Origin: Ardenticatena sp.
Lineage (GTDB): Bacteria > Chloroflexota > Anaerolineae > Ardenticatenales > Ardenticatenaceae
NCBI GenBank assembly: GCA_015487975.1
Contig: WFOS01000076.1
Coordinates: forward strand, 11,091 to 75,090
Direction of reading: 5' to 3'
DNA: 64,000 bases
Below the pieces are notes generated by a model. The model ran no database searches. It saw nothing but the letters and a program-made list of their open reading frames with translations, and had not been told where the DNA came from. Made by a program: the position numbers and the translations under genes. Each line of letters begins with the position of its first letter. The first letter of the stretch is position 1. Below are positions 52,587-62,814 of the stretch, piece by piece.

Positions 52587-55500
52587 ATGCACATTGCACG
52601 TGCGTTCCGCGAACGCTACGCTTTGGATGAAACCTTTTTCCAGCCCAATGGTGATGTCGCCACAACTGACTTTTATACCGCTCACGTGTTGGCCCAACGC
52701 CTCAACAGCGACCGCCATCCTGATCGTCAGACATCACCTGCCGAACTGCATGCTATCGGGTTGCTCCATGAAGTGGCACACACCATCATGGCGCACTACC
52801 AGACACAACGCCGCCCCCACGCCTTCACCGACGCCATTGCCTGGCTCGAAGAACGCTTGGGGCGCATGGCGCTCGATACGACGCTGCGCGCGATTGTCGA
52901 AACATTTCCCCCACTCGCTGTCCAACGGGGCGAGATGAGCGCCGACGAATATCTCGATGCCACCGATGAACATGGCGTCTCGCAGCGTGAGCACCTGCTC
53001 GAAGAAAGCATCATCCTCTGGCTCGAAAACAACAATCCGGCGCTTACTCGCTATCGCGATTTGTTCGACGATCGTATGCTGGCACGCCAAACCGCCTACG
53101 AACCGCTGCTTGCCGAACTCGATGCGTTCTTCCGCCGAGAACCACCATTCGGCCCCGAAAACAAGCCCTTGTTGGAACTGTTGGCGCTGCCCACACGTCT
53201 CGCCCCCCAATCCATCTTCGCCCAACTCGATTACATTCGTCAACATTGGCACGATGTTCTCCCAGACCACATCGTGCGGCGCATCCTCATCGGCATGGAT
53301 TTTGCCCGTGAAGAAGAACGCGCCCTGGCTTTGCGTCACGCCGCCCCTGGCGGACCACGCAGAGGCGAAGCCCCCGTCTTTCATGGGAAAGACGCGTTCG
53401 GCGTCGAACTCAACCTCGACGAAGAATACGAAGCCTTCAGCCCCGACCTCGACTGGATGCCCAACGTCGTCCTCATCGCCAAAAACACCTACGTCTGGCT
53501 CGATCAGCTTTCACGCTGGTATGGGCGCTCTATCACGCGGCTCGACCAAATTCCCGACGAAGAGCTGGACAAACTCGCCCGCTGGGGCATCAACGGGTTG
53601 TGGCTGATTGGCCTTTGGGAACGGAGCCCCGCATCCAAACGCATCAAACACCTGTGCGGCAACCCCGACGCCGAAGCGTCTGCCTACGCCCTGTTCGATT
53701 ACGAAATCGCACACGCATTGGGGGGTGAAGAGGCCTACCGCAACCTGCGTGATCGTGCCTGGCAGCGTGGTATTCGGCTCGCCAGTGACATGGTACCCAA
53801 CCACATGGGGATTGATTCGCGCTGGGTCATGGAACACCCCGACCGCTTCATCTGGACCGACAGGCCACCTTTCCCATCCTACACGTTCAACGGGCCCGAT
53901 CTCTCTTGGAACCCACGCATCGGTATCTACCTGGAAGACCATTATTACGACCGCACCGATGCCGCCGTTGTGTTCAAATGGGTGAACCGCGAGACTGGCG
54001 AAGTGCGCTACATCTACCACGGCAACGATGGGACTAGCATGCCCTGGAACGACACCGCCCAACTCGACTACCTCGAAGCCGAGGTGCGTGAAGCCGTCAT
54101 TCAGCAAATTCTGCACGTGGCACGCAAATTCCCCATCATCCGCTTCGACGCCGCCATGACCCTCGCCAAGCGCCACATCCAGCGTCTCTGGTATCCACAA
54201 CCCGGCCAGGGGGGCAGCATTCCATCACGGGCTGCGTTCGCCATGACCAAAGACGAATTCGACCGTCTCATGCCCAAGGAATTTTGGCGTGAAGTGGTCG
54301 ATCGTGTGGCAGAGGAAGCGCCCGACACGCTCCTGCTTGCCGAAGCCTTCTGGCTTATGGAAGGCTACTTCGTGCGCACGCTGGGTATGCACCGCGTCTA
54401 CAACAGCGCCTTCATGCACATGTTGCGCGACGAAAACAACGCCGGCTACCGCAAAGTCATGAAAGAGACGCTCGAATTCGACCCGCAAATCTTGAAGCGA
54501 TATGTCAACTTCATGAACAATCCCGACGAAGAAACCGCCGTGGCGCAATTTGGCAAAGGTGACAAATACTTCGGCGTCGCCACCATGCTCGCCACGTTGC
54601 CAGGCCTGCCCATGATTGGACATGGGCAAATCGAAGGCTTCGTCGAAAAGTACGGCATGGAATACCGCCGTGCCTACCTCGACGAAAGCCCCGATGACTC
54701 CCTCATTCGTCGGCACGAGCGCGAAATCTTTCCCCTCTTTCGCAAACGCCGCCTCTTTGCCGACGTGGAGCACTTCTTGCTCTACGACTTCTGGCGCCCA
54801 GATGGCACCGTGGACGAAAACGTCTTCGCCTACTCCAACCGCCTGGGGGAAGAACGCGCGCTCGTCGTCTACCACAATCGCTACGCCGAAACACACGGCA
54901 CCATTCGTTCATCCGCTCTGTTTGCCGTCAAAAGCGACGACGGTGCCAAACATCTTGTCTCGAAAACGCTCGCCGACGGGTTGGCGCTTCCTGACACCCC
55001 CAACACGTTCGTCATCTTCCGCGACCACGTGACGAACTTGGAACAGATCCACCGCGTAGAAACCCTGCGCACACAGGGGCTTTCCCTGCACCTGCGTGCC
55101 TACGAATACCACGTCTTCCTCGATTTTCGTTTCGTGCAGGATGAAAGCGGGCACTACGCCACCCTTACCGACCAGTTGCAAGGGCGCGGTGTCCCCTCCA
55201 TCGCGGAAGCCCTGCGCGAACTGGAACTCGCCCCTGTGTTGCATCCGTTCCGTGCCTTTCTGAACGCCGACACCGTGCGCGACCTGCTCGCACACCGCGC
55301 GTTCAGCACAGAAGCCCCTGACATCGACGACCTGCTCGACCGCGTGCGCACCCGCGCCGAGCACACGTATACCGCCCTAGCCAGCTTCGCCAACCTGTCC
55401 GTCTCCCTCGACACCGCGCTCGACATCCTCGATACCCGTTTGCGCCATCTGCTGCGCCTGCCTGCCCACTGGCAGAACGATGCACCGCTCGATTCCCTGC

Positions 55501-56165
55501 TCGACGACGACACTATCACCTGGCCTGCATTGCTGCTCTGGGCCTTGTTGTCGCCACTCGGCACATTTGCTACCAGCGAAGACGAAATGCCTTCCCATGT
55601 CATCAGCCGCCTGCTGGATGAATGGCTCTTGCGCAAACCGATCGAAGAAGCCCTGCACGCGCTCGGCAGTGATGCTTGGCAAAGCGGGCAGACCATGCGC
55701 TTACTCGACATTCTTCTCCACCATGCCGACGCCATCGCTGCCCTGCTCCGTGTTGGTGAAGAAGACCTGCCACATGAACAGAGCGACGCCGAATTCGCCG
55801 ATTTGCTCGACACTCTTCTCATGCGCCTTTTGGACGACCCGCGTCTGCTGGAATTCTGGAACGTGCATGAATACGACAACGTCGAATGGTTCAACAAAGA
55901 AGCCTTCGAACGCACAGCCGTGGCGCTCACCGCCGCTGTGGATGCCGCCACACGCGAGGAAATGCTTCACGCGCCCGTCACAATGCTAGGGCGGTTGTTG
56001 CTGACTGCCGCAGACGGTTCGGGCTATCGCGTGCGCGCCCTCGATGCCGCTGCTGCACTTCAGGCACATGCCTCGGCTGAGCGCACACAGGAAGAAACCG
56101 AGGCGAACGACGAGGCCATTGCCCCCGACCACACAGATCAAACCAGCGCAACCGAAGAGGAGTAA
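52587..56165 (+). CDS. Large (1192-aa) alpha-amylase-family (GH13-like) protein with long N- and C-terminal extensions
   Basis: GAAGGGGAG RBS. Central blocks 'GINGLWLIGLWERS', 'GIRLASDMVPNHMG', 'FPIIRFDAAMTLAKRH', 'LLLAEAFW' and 'VNFMNNPDE' resemble GH13 conserved regions I-IV. Confidence 0.8.
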   Translation: MHIARAFRERYALDETFFQPNGDVATTDFYTAHVLAQRLNSDRHPDRQTSPAELHAIGLLHEVAHTIMAHYQTQRRPHAFTDAIAWLEERLGRMALDTTLRAIVETFPPLAVQRGEMSADEYLDATDEHGVSQREHLLEESIILWLENNNPALTRYRDLFDDRMLARQTAYEPLLAELDAFFRREPPFGPENKPLLELLALPTRLAPQSIFAQLDYIRQHWHDVLPDHIVRRILIGMDFAREEERALALRHAAPGGPRRGEAPVFHGKDAFGVELNLDEEYEAFSPDLDWMPNVVLIAKNTYVWLDQLSRWYGRSITRLDQIPDEELDKLARWGINGLWLIGLWERSPASKRIKHLCGNPDAEASAYALFDYEIAHALGGEEAYRNLRDRAWQRGIRLASDMVPNHMGIDSRWVMEHPDRFIWTDRPPFPSYTFNGPDLSWNPRIGIYLEDHYYDRTDAAVVFKWVNRETGEVRYIYHGNDGTSMPWNDTAQLDYLEAEVREAVIQQILHVARKFPIIRFDAAMTLAKRHIQRLWYPQPGQGGSIPSRAAFAMTKDEFDRLMPKEFWREVVDRVAEEAPDTLLLAEAFWLMEGYFVRTLGMHRVYNSAFMHMLRDENNAGYRKVMKETLEFDPQILKRYVNFMNNPDEETAVAQFGKGDKYFGVATMLATLPGLPMIGHGQIEGFVEKYGMEYRRAYLDESPDDSLIRRHEREIFPLFRKRRLFADVEHFLLYDFWRPDGTVDENVFAYSNRLGEERALVVYHNRYAETHGTIRSSALFAVKSDDGAKHLVSKTLADGLALPDTPNTFVIFRDHVTNLEQIHRVETLRTQGLSLHLRAYEYHVFLDFRFVQDESGHYATLTDQLQGRGVPSIAEALRELELAPVLHPFRAFLNADTVRDLLAHRAFSTEAPDIDDLLDRVRTRAEHTYTALASFANLSVSLDTALDILDTRLRHLLRLPAHWQNDAPLDSLLDDDTITWPALLLWALLSPLGTFATSEDEMPSHVISRLLDEWLLRKPIEEALHALGSDAWQSGQTMRLLDILLHHADAIAALLRVGEEDLPHEQSDAEFADLLDTLLMRLLDDPRLLEFWNVHEYDNVEWFNKEAFERTAVALTAAVDAATREEMLHAPVTMLGRLLLTAADGSGYRVRALDAAAALQAHASAERTQEETEANDEAIAPDHTDQTSATEEE

Positions 56166-56181
56166 GGAGACCAAAACACCT

Positions 56182-56937
56182 ATGTCGAAAAAGGCTCACG
56201 ATCTCGACGCCATGCAGCGCGCCCTGCGCGGCGAACGCAAAGCAAAATATGTCAACCGCATGTTCAGCCGCATTGCCAAGCGTTACGACCTGATGAATCG
56301 CCTCATGACGATGGGGCGTGATCAAGCATGGCGACGGCAAGCCGTTGCCATGGCCGACATCCCCCCCAATGCGCTCGTGCTCGACCTTGCCACGGGCACA
56401 GGCGACCTGGGGCTAGCAGTCCTCGAACAACGCCCCTCGGCACGTGTCATCGGTGCCGATTTTGCCCTGCCGATGATGCTGGTAGGGAAACGGAAACTGG
56501 CCAAACACAACGAAAAGCGGCTTCAATTCGTCGCAGCCGATGCCTTGCAGATGCCCTTCCCCGACAACACTTTCGACACGGTGCTCAGCGCCTTTTTGAT
56601 GCGTAATGTCGAAGACGTGCACCGTGGTTTTGCCGAGCAATACCGCGTGCTCAAACCAGGCGGGCGCGTGGTCTGCCTGGAAATCACCATGCCACAAACA
56701 CCCGGGTTCCGGCAAGCCTTCGAATGGTACTTTGGGCGGCTGGTCCCTATCATCGGCGGGCTGATTGCCGGTGCCCCCGACGCTTACACCTACCTGCCCG
56801 AATCGGTGCGGCGGTTTCCCCAGCCGGATATGCTCGCTAAGATGCTGCGAGCAATCGGCTTTCAGCAGGTGGACTATCGGCGGCTCATGCTCGGCACCAT
56901 CGCCATTCATGTCGGGCAAAAACCATCGACGGAGTGA
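56182..56937 (+). CDS. menG: Demethylmenaquinone/ubiquinone C-methyltransferase
   Basis: 'VNRMFSRIAKRYDLMNRLMTMGRDQAWRR', 'VLDLATGTGDL' and 'LKPGGRVVCLE' form the UbiE/MenG family pattern. AAGGAGA RBS before ATG 56182. Confidence 0.9.
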   Translation: MSKKAHDLDAMQRALRGERKAKYVNRMFSRIAKRYDLMNRLMTMGRDQAWRRQAVAMADIPPNALVLDLATGTGDLGLAVLEQRPSARVIGADFALPMMLVGKRKLAKHNEKRLQFVAADALQMPFPDNTFDTVLSAFLMRNVEDVHRGFAEQYRVLKPGGRVVCLEITMPQTPGFRQAFEWYFGRLVPIIGGLIAGAPDAYTYLPESVRRFPQPDMLAKMLRAIGFQQVDYRRLMLGTIAIHVGQKPSTE

Positions 56938-56946
56938 GGAAACACC

Positions 56947-57756
56947 ATGCGCGATTTCGCCATCAAACTCGCCCTCGACGCGGGGCACGTGCTCCGCGAG
57001 CATTTTGGCAGTACGCTTGAAGTCGAAACCAAATCCAGCGACATCGATCCCGTCACGAATGCTGATCGTGCCAGCGAGGCACTGATTCTGGAACGCCTGC
57101 GCCGCACGTTCCCCCAACATGCCATTTTGGCCGAGGAAAGCGGCGCACATGAAAACGGTGCCAGCGAATGGCGCTGGGTGGTCGATCCACTCGACGGCAC
57201 GGTCAATTTTGCCCACGGGCTGCCCCACTTCTGCGTCAGTATCGCGCTCTACAAAGGCGACCGTGCGCATCTGGGCGTCATTTACGACCCAATGCACGAC
57301 GAACTCTTCTGGGCGGAACGCGACAAAGGCGCATGGATGCGCGATGCGGATGGCCATGTGCGGCGCTTGCAGGTTTCCAATGCCCGCCGACTGCGCGAAA
57401 GCATCGTTTCGACGGGCTTCCACTACCTGCGCGACCGTGTGCGCCACAACAACATCGCCGAATTCGAGGCGGTGGCGCTACGTGTACAGGGGGTACGTCG
57501 TCTTGGCTCAGCCGCCCTCGACCTGGCGTATGTCGCCGCTGGGCGGCTCGACGGCTACTGGGAATACTACCTCGCTCCCTGGGATTGGGCAGCCGGCACG
57601 CTCATCGTCACCGAAGCCGGGGGCGCGATTGCCACCGTAGAAGGCAAACCATGGCACCTGGGGGTTGACAGCATCGTTGCCGCCAATCCCCACCTGCTGC
57701 CTCTTTTGCTGGAAACATTGCAATCAGCCCGTACAACGGAGCCCCCAGAGCGATGA
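56947..57756 (+). CDS. Inositol monophosphatase family protein
   Basis: 'ILAEESG', 'WVVDPLDGTVNFAHG' and 'WDWAAGTLIVTEAGG' are the IMPase motifs. Confidence 0.9.
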   Translation: MRDFAIKLALDAGHVLREHFGSTLEVETKSSDIDPVTNADRASEALILERLRRTFPQHAILAEESGAHENGASEWRWVVDPLDGTVNFAHGLPHFCVSIALYKGDRAHLGVIYDPMHDELFWAERDKGAWMRDADGHVRRLQVSNARRLRESIVSTGFHYLRDRVRHNNIAEFEAVALRVQGVRRLGSAALDLAYVAAGRLDGYWEYYLAPWDWAAGTLIVTEAGGAIATVEGKPWHLGVDSIVAANPHLLPLLLETLQSARTTEPPER

Positions 57757-58658
57757 GCAAATGGCGCATGCTCTCACCACATACTGCCTACCTGCCAGGC
57801 GGTGTCAACGTGGGTGTTGTCTTCGACGATAGAGGCAATGCCGTGCTGATCGATAGTGGGGGCGACAAGCAGTATGGGCGCACCGTGCGCAAAGCGCTGA
57901 ATGCTGCCGGCTTGCGTCTCATCGCCATCGTCAACACACACGCCCACGCTGACCATTACGGCGGCAACGACTACCTTTGCCGACAGTTCGATGTGCCTGT
58001 GTGGGCACCCACGTTCGAGGAAGCCATCCTGCGCTATCCTTTGCTCGAACCCATGTACCTGTTCGGCGGTGCTTCGCCACCAGACGAGATATGCAACAAA
58101 TGGCTCATGGCAAAGCCTTCACCCGTGGCGCATGTGTACACCCCTGGTGAGTCTTCCACGTTGGAAATCGGCTCACTCCGCTTGCATGTCCACGATGTTT
58201 CAGGACATGCCGCCGTGCAAGCCGCCATCGGCTTCGAAACGGTTTGCTTCGCCGCCGATGCGTTCTTTGGCACAGAGATTCTGGAAAAGTATGAAATTCC
58301 CTTCGCCCACGACATCGAGCGTCAACTCGATGCCCTCGACCATCTTTGCACACTCCCCTACGAGCGATTCGTGCCAGGGCATGGCAACCCCACAGAGGAC
58401 ATCGAACACGCCGTGGCCGAAAACCGTGCCGCGATCGAACGAGCCACCGCCCGGGTACTCGACGCCGTTGGGCAAAGCGCTACCACCGACGAAGTGGTGC
58501 ACCATGTAACCGCCCTCCTCACACACCCTCCTACTTCGCTGACAACCTATGTGTTGATGCGCGCCACGATCACCGCCCATCTCGTGTATCTTGCTCGCCA
58601 GCGCCTCATCACGCCACACGTGGAACAAGGCGTCTTACGGTGGGTCAAACGCACCTAA
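57753..58658 (+). CDS. MBL-fold metallo-hydrolase
   Basis: 'IVNTHAHADHYGGN' (HxHxDH) and later 'HDVSGH'. The start overlaps the IMPase stop (ATGA). Confidence 0.85.
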   Translation: MSKWRMLSPHTAYLPGGVNVGVVFDDRGNAVLIDSGGDKQYGRTVRKALNAAGLRLIAIVNTHAHADHYGGNDYLCRQFDVPVWAPTFEEAILRYPLLEPMYLFGGASPPDEICNKWLMAKPSPVAHVYTPGESSTLEIGSLRLHVHDVSGHAAVQAAIGFETVCFAADAFFGTEILEKYEIPFAHDIERQLDALDHLCTLPYERFVPGHGNPTEDIEHAVAENRAAIERATARVLDAVGQSATTDEVVHHVTALLTHPPTSLTTYVLMRATITAHLVYLARQRLITPHVEQGVLRWVKRT

Positions 58659-58750
58659 CGCAGAGCGAGAATGTATTTGGGAATAGCAACGTTCCCTGTG
58701 CCTCCGTGTAAAACCACCACACATTCTTCACAGAGGCCAAACATGCTCGC

Positions 58751-58783
58751 AAAAAAAACACTCCCCTGTTGGGGAGTGTTTTT
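58751..58783. terminator. Bidirectional intrinsic terminator
   Basis: 'aaaaaaaacactcccc tgtt ggggagtgttttt'. Confidence 0.85.
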
Positions 58784-58799
58784 CGCTCACGTCATCAGT

Positions 58800-59120
58800 C
58801 TACTGCCACAAGTGCGTAATGTCGTCTTCGACAGCATTGAGCGCCGACCGAATTGCGTACATCTCGCGACGCCCAATCGGCGGCATTGTCCGAAAGTGTC
58901 GTTCTTCGGTTGGTGTCAATTCGTGTGCATACGTAAACGGTTCACGCAAAAACAAAACCCCTTGTGCGCCACAGGCCGCACATTTGAGAACAATAGCCCA
59001 CAACGCTTCGCGACAGCCGAGCACATGAACGTGCTCCTGCGCGTAATTGCTTCCACACCGGCGGCATTGCCGTGCTTCTGCGATCTGTCGGCGGAGTTCC
59101 GCGGAACGATGTGAATCCAT
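58800..59120 (-). CDS. Hypothetical small protein with a CxxC...CxxC zinc-ribbon-like motif
   Basis: ORF 58800..59180 trimmed to ATG 59120, giving 106 aa: 'QCRRCGSNY...LKCAACGAQG'. It is bracketed by the terminator at 58751-58783 and by rplI upstream. No family recognised. Confidence 0.45.
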   Translation of the reverse strand: MDSHRSAELRRQIAEARQCRRCGSNYAQEHVHVLGCREALWAIVLKCAACGAQGVLFLREPFTYAHELTPTEERHFRTMPPIGRREMYAIRSALNAVEDDITHLWQ

Positions 59121-59195
59121 GCTTCTTTGCCCTTTCATCCCTGTTTGGCGGGATGGGAACACGGCCTGCGGAACAACCACCGAACGAGGACACGC

Positions 59196-59699
59196 TTAGG
59201 CGTCGGTTTCGCCCTGCTCGGCAGTCAATCCCAACGATTCGGCCGTTTCGCCGCCTTCACCCACAACAACGACCTTCACCTCTTGCGTGATACCACCAGC
59301 CAGACGCACAGGCACTTCATACGTTCCGAGCTGGCGAATGGGGCGGTTCAGGTCAAGGGTGTGGCGGTCGATTTCCACACCCAACGCCTCACTCAAACGC
59401 TCGGCGATTTGGGCGGCTGTGACCGAGCCAAACAATTGCCCCGTTTCACCAACCTTGGCTGTAAATTCCAGTGTCAGCTCAGCCATACGCGCGGCCAGGG
59501 CTTCGGCATCCTTACGCTCGCGTTCGCGGCGGCGTTCCGCGGCCAGGCGAATTTGCTCCGCCTGTTTCTTGATGCCAGGTGTTGCCACTTTTGCCAACCC
59601 CTGTGGGATGAGATAGTTGCGTGCGTACCCATCGCTGACATCTTTGATCTCACCGGCCAATCCCAGATTGGGAACATCTTTCAAGAGTAAGACTTCCAT
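59196..59699 (-). CDS. rplI: 50S ribosomal protein L9
   Basis: '[36 protein letters not shown]' is the L9 N-terminal signature. Confidence 0.95.
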   Translation of the reverse strand: MEVLLLKDVPNLGLAGEIKDVSDGYARNYLIPQGLAKVATPGIKKQAEQIRLAAERRRERERKDAEALAARMAELTLEFTAKVGETGQLFGSVTAAQIAERLSEALGVEIDRHTLDLNRPIRQLGTYEVPVRLAGGITQEVKVVVVGEGGETAESLGLTAEQGETDA

Positions 59700-59818
59700 G
59701 TTTCCATTGCCTCCCTTCTGCTTCTCTGGCTACGGCCGCGTACTATACACGAGAGTGCCCAAAAGAGCAAAGCAAAAGGAGTGGAACCCCTTCGACATTC
59801 GGTGCCCCCAAGCACACC

Positions 59819-62218
59819 CTAACGCAGAATGAGAGGCAAATATACGATGTAATCATCATTCAAAACAATGGCTTGGCCTGCATTCGTCCCCATAGAAACC
59901 GGATTCGCATTGCTCAGGTACAACCAAAATACTTCATCGTCTTCGACGAGTGTATCGCCATACACGTTGACCACGATATGCTGTATGACTTCTCCCGGAT
60001 TGAACGTCAGCGTTCCACTCACAGGCTCGAAATCTTCCCCTCCTATCGCTGCGTCGCTTCCCACCCCGTTTTGCGTGGTGTAATCCACCGTGACGGTGAA
60101 TGCTGCCGGCGTCGAAAGGATCACATCGAAGGTCGCTGGTGTTATACCACTGTTGCCTTCTTGGACAACTGGCCCAGAAGCGAGATCCATGCGTGCCGTA
60201 TCATCGTCTTCGATGGTGCCAGTTGCTTCGCTATCGACGAGCGAGGCATTGACAGGCGCACGCAATTGCACCAAAAACGTTTCACTCACACCTTCATCGA
60301 CCACATCCCCATTCATCGTAACCGTAATCGGCTTCAGCGTCTCCCCTGGGGCGAAGACGACTTGCCCACTGATGGCAATGTAGTCTTCGCTGCTCGTCGC
60401 CGTACCATCACTGGTGGCGTACTCGACAGTAACTGTCGAAGCCGATGATGGGGAAAGCGTCACAGCAAACACCATTGGGGTTGTACCGGTGTTTCCTTCC
60501 AAGAGCGACTGGTCGGCTATTGCAAGCGCTGGCAATCCATCATCATCAATAATCGTTCCTACGGCGCTCCCATCCAATACATCAGCGTTGAGTGGTGCAC
60601 TCAATAGCACAACGAAGGTCTCATCCACCTCGTCATCCGTGTCACCTTTGACATCGACCGCGATCGTCTTTTGCGTTTCCCCCGGATTGAACGTAAGGGT
60701 TCCCGCGGTGGCAACGAAATCAACGCCCCCGATGGCGGTTCCATTTACAGTCGCGTAATCGACCTGCACCGTGGCTGTGCTCGTTGGGGCGAGTGTCACA
60801 GTGAAAACAGCGGTCGTGGTACCACTATTCCCTTCCACAACGACAGTATCCTGAATGATCAGTTGGCGGTGCGCCTCCACAGCACCAATATCGCATACGG
60901 CTGTTCCATCACCATCGCCATCGAACGGTCGTGCACGACCACGTGCATCGAACGATGGACAGAGGGAATTGCTCCCTGTATCCAAAGCCGGGCTGCCAGG
61001 AACAAGCGCATGCGTCCAAACCAAGCCACCATTATCCGCAAGAGGCGCCAGAAGCGGATCGCTATTGGGTACATCACTCGCCTGCGAAAGGGCACATGTA
61101 TCATCGTCGGCCAGGTTGTTGCCAAGCGAGGTGAGTTGTCCATTCAACGAACAATTGTCGTCGTCATTGTACGCCAACAGCGTATTTCCCATCACCACCG
61201 ACGCGCCCGTCCCAACGACAATTCCATTGCGCCCTGCTCCCAACGTGTTGGTGCGTGTATTGGAGACGATCGAGCTGTTCGTCAGGTACACCATCACACC
61301 CGAGCCGCTCACATACAGCCCTGCGTAATTGTTGGTCGCTACATTGCCGCTCACTGTCGTATTCGTCGCTGTCAGAACCCCCTTGTTCACGAAGATGCCA
61401 CCACCATTGGCTGCCTGATTGCCAGAGACCGTGACACGATCGAGCACCACACTCTCCAAAGCCAACACCGAAAGGCCACCGCCAAATGAACTAGACACAT
61501 TTCCACGCACTGTCGTTTCTTCCAAGCGAGCAGACGACCCGTCAATAAGAAGCCCCCCACCATACAATCCAGCCGATGAATTTCCCGCGACTGTGCTGCG
61601 CGATACGGTCAGCACACCAGTGTAATTATGGATACCACCACCATAGACCTGTGCCGTGTTACTCATGACAGAGACATCTTCGAGCGTCAACGCCCCTAGA
61701 TTGAAAATCCCCCCACCGCTGCCGTTGGCATCATTCCCGACAACCTCCACATGGCTGAGCGTGACGTTTCCATTGGTAAGCATGCCCGCTCCAACCTCAT
61801 CGAAAAATGCACCATCGAACGTTCGGCCATTCTGGACACGCACACCCGAAATCACAGTAGTGGCATTGATGGAAAACACACGCCCGAGACCACCAGCATC
61901 CACAACTGTGTTGGACGCACCCGCCCCGACAAGCGTAATATCGACGTAAATCTCGATACCATGCTCATTGTATGTCCCCGCTGCCACCTGCACCGTGTCG
62001 CCATCTGCCGCCTTGGCAACCGCCGCAGCGATCGTTGCACATGCCGTTGCTGGTGAAAGGCAATCGTTGCTATCATTGCCACTTGTGGCGTCCACATACC
62101 AAGTCGCTCCCAATGGAGCCGCGTGTAAAAGCATCCCCATCGCGAGCGGCCCCCACAGCAAGAACACAACCAACACACCACCTAATGCACCTGCCAGTGA
62201 AAAAGAGTTGCGAGCCAT
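59819..62218 (-). CDS. Exported protein: right-handed beta-helix (PMP-like GGGI/GGGL repeats) followed by three Calx-beta domains
   Basis: ATG 62218 has an AGGAGG RBS. Signal 'LAGALGGVLVVFLLWGPLAMGMLLHA'. Repeats 'GGGIFN', 'GGGIHN', 'GGGLLI', 'GGGLSV' and 'GGGIFV'. Three units of the form 'EGNSGTT..VFTVTL....V.Y.T.DGTA..G.D....G.L.F.PGE..K.I.V...GD...E..E.F.V.L'. The protein ends '...DDYIVYLPLILR'. Confidence 0.85.
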   Translation of the reverse strand: MARNSFSLAGALGGVLVVFLLWGPLAMGMLLHAAPLGATWYVDATSGNDSNDCLSPATACATIAAAVAKAADGDTVQVAAGTYNEHGIEIYVDITLVGAGASNTVVDAGGLGRVFSINATTVISGVRVQNGRTFDGAFFDEVGAGMLTNGNVTLSHVEVVGNDANGSGGGIFNLGALTLEDVSVMSNTAQVYGGGIHNYTGVLTVSRSTVAGNSSAGLYGGGLLIDGSSARLEETTVRGNVSSSFGGGLSVLALESVVLDRVTVSGNQAANGGGIFVNKGVLTATNTTVSGNVATNNYAGLYVSGSGVMVYLTNSSIVSNTRTNTLGAGRNGIVVGTGASVVMGNTLLAYNDDDNCSLNGQLTSLGNNLADDDTCALSQASDVPNSDPLLAPLADNGGLVWTHALVPGSPALDTGSNSLCPSFDARGRARPFDGDGDGTAVCDIGAVEAHRQLIIQDTVVVEGNSGTTTAVFTVTLAPTSTATVQVDYATVNGTAIGGVDFVATAGTLTFNPGETQKTIAVDVKGDTDDEVDETFVVLLSAPLNADVLDGSAVGTIIDDDGLPALAIADQSLLEGNTGTTPMVFAVTLSPSSASTVTVEYATSDGTATSSEDYIAISGQVVFAPGETLKPITVTMNGDVVDEGVSETFLVQLRAPVNASLVDSEATGTIEDDDTARMDLASGPVVQEGNSGITPATFDVILSTPAAFTVTVDYTTQNGVGSDAAIGGEDFEPVSGTLTFNPGEVIQHIVVNVYGDTLVEDDEVFWLYLSNANPVSMGTNAGQAIVLNDDYIVYLPLILR

Positions 62219-62599
62219 TCTTGCCTCCTTTGGATGTCTCACAGCACCATTTTTCCGATACACTGGCAGGCAAGTTCCGAGCCAAGGGGCATCTTCCCTA
62301 CCTGTGTACCCACAAGCCTTACACCAAACCCTCACAACAGACGCGCACCAACACATCCCTACCACGTGGCGTGATGCATACATGCGGAGAGCAAGAACGA
62401 CGCTCTTCGAGCGCACCAGAGGAAGATGGTATGCAAAAGGGCTTGATGAAATAAACGCATGCGAAGAGAAGATTGGGATATTCTCAGATGTAGATTTCTA
62501 CTCGATCAGTGACGCTGTTACCACTCGTAAAAAAGCCCACCGTCAAAAGCAGCAATTTGACAGTAAACACATTCCAGATATACTTTCGCTCGCTCGTGA

Positions 62600-62672
62600 G
62601 GGGCTGTAGCTCAGTTGGGAGAGCGCCACAATCGCACTGTGGAGGTCAGGGGTTCGAGTCCCCTCAGCTCCA
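62600..62672 (+). tRNA. tRNA-Ala (anticodon CGC)
   Basis: I folded the cloverleaf by hand: acceptor ggggctg/cagctcc with G3:U70, D arm gctc-agttggga-gagc, anticodon arm ccaca-atCGCac-tgtgg, T arm agggg-ttcgagt-cccct, discriminator A. CCA is not encoded. Confidence 0.9.
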
Positions 62673-62689
62673 TTTGACAATCGCATCGC

Positions 62690-62762
62690 GGGGCCGTAGC
62701 TCAGTTGGGAGAGCGCCTCAATGGCATTGAGGAGGTCAGGGGTTCAAGTCCCCTCGGCTCCA
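62690..62762 (+). tRNA. tRNA-Ala (anticodon GGC)
   Basis: Acceptor ggggccg/cggctcc with G3:U70, anticodon arm cctca-atGGCat-tgagg, T arm agggg-ttcaagt-cccct. It starts 17 nt after the first tRNA. Confidence 0.9.
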
Positions 62763-62770
62763 CTCCAATG

Positions 62771-62795
62771 ACGCCTGGTTCAACCGGGCGTTTTT
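62771..62795 (+). terminator. Intrinsic terminator after the tRNA-Ala pair
   Basis: 'acgcctgg ttcaa ccgggcgt tttt'. Confidence 0.75.
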
Positions 62796-62814
62796 GCTAC
62801 AACTACATCATGCA

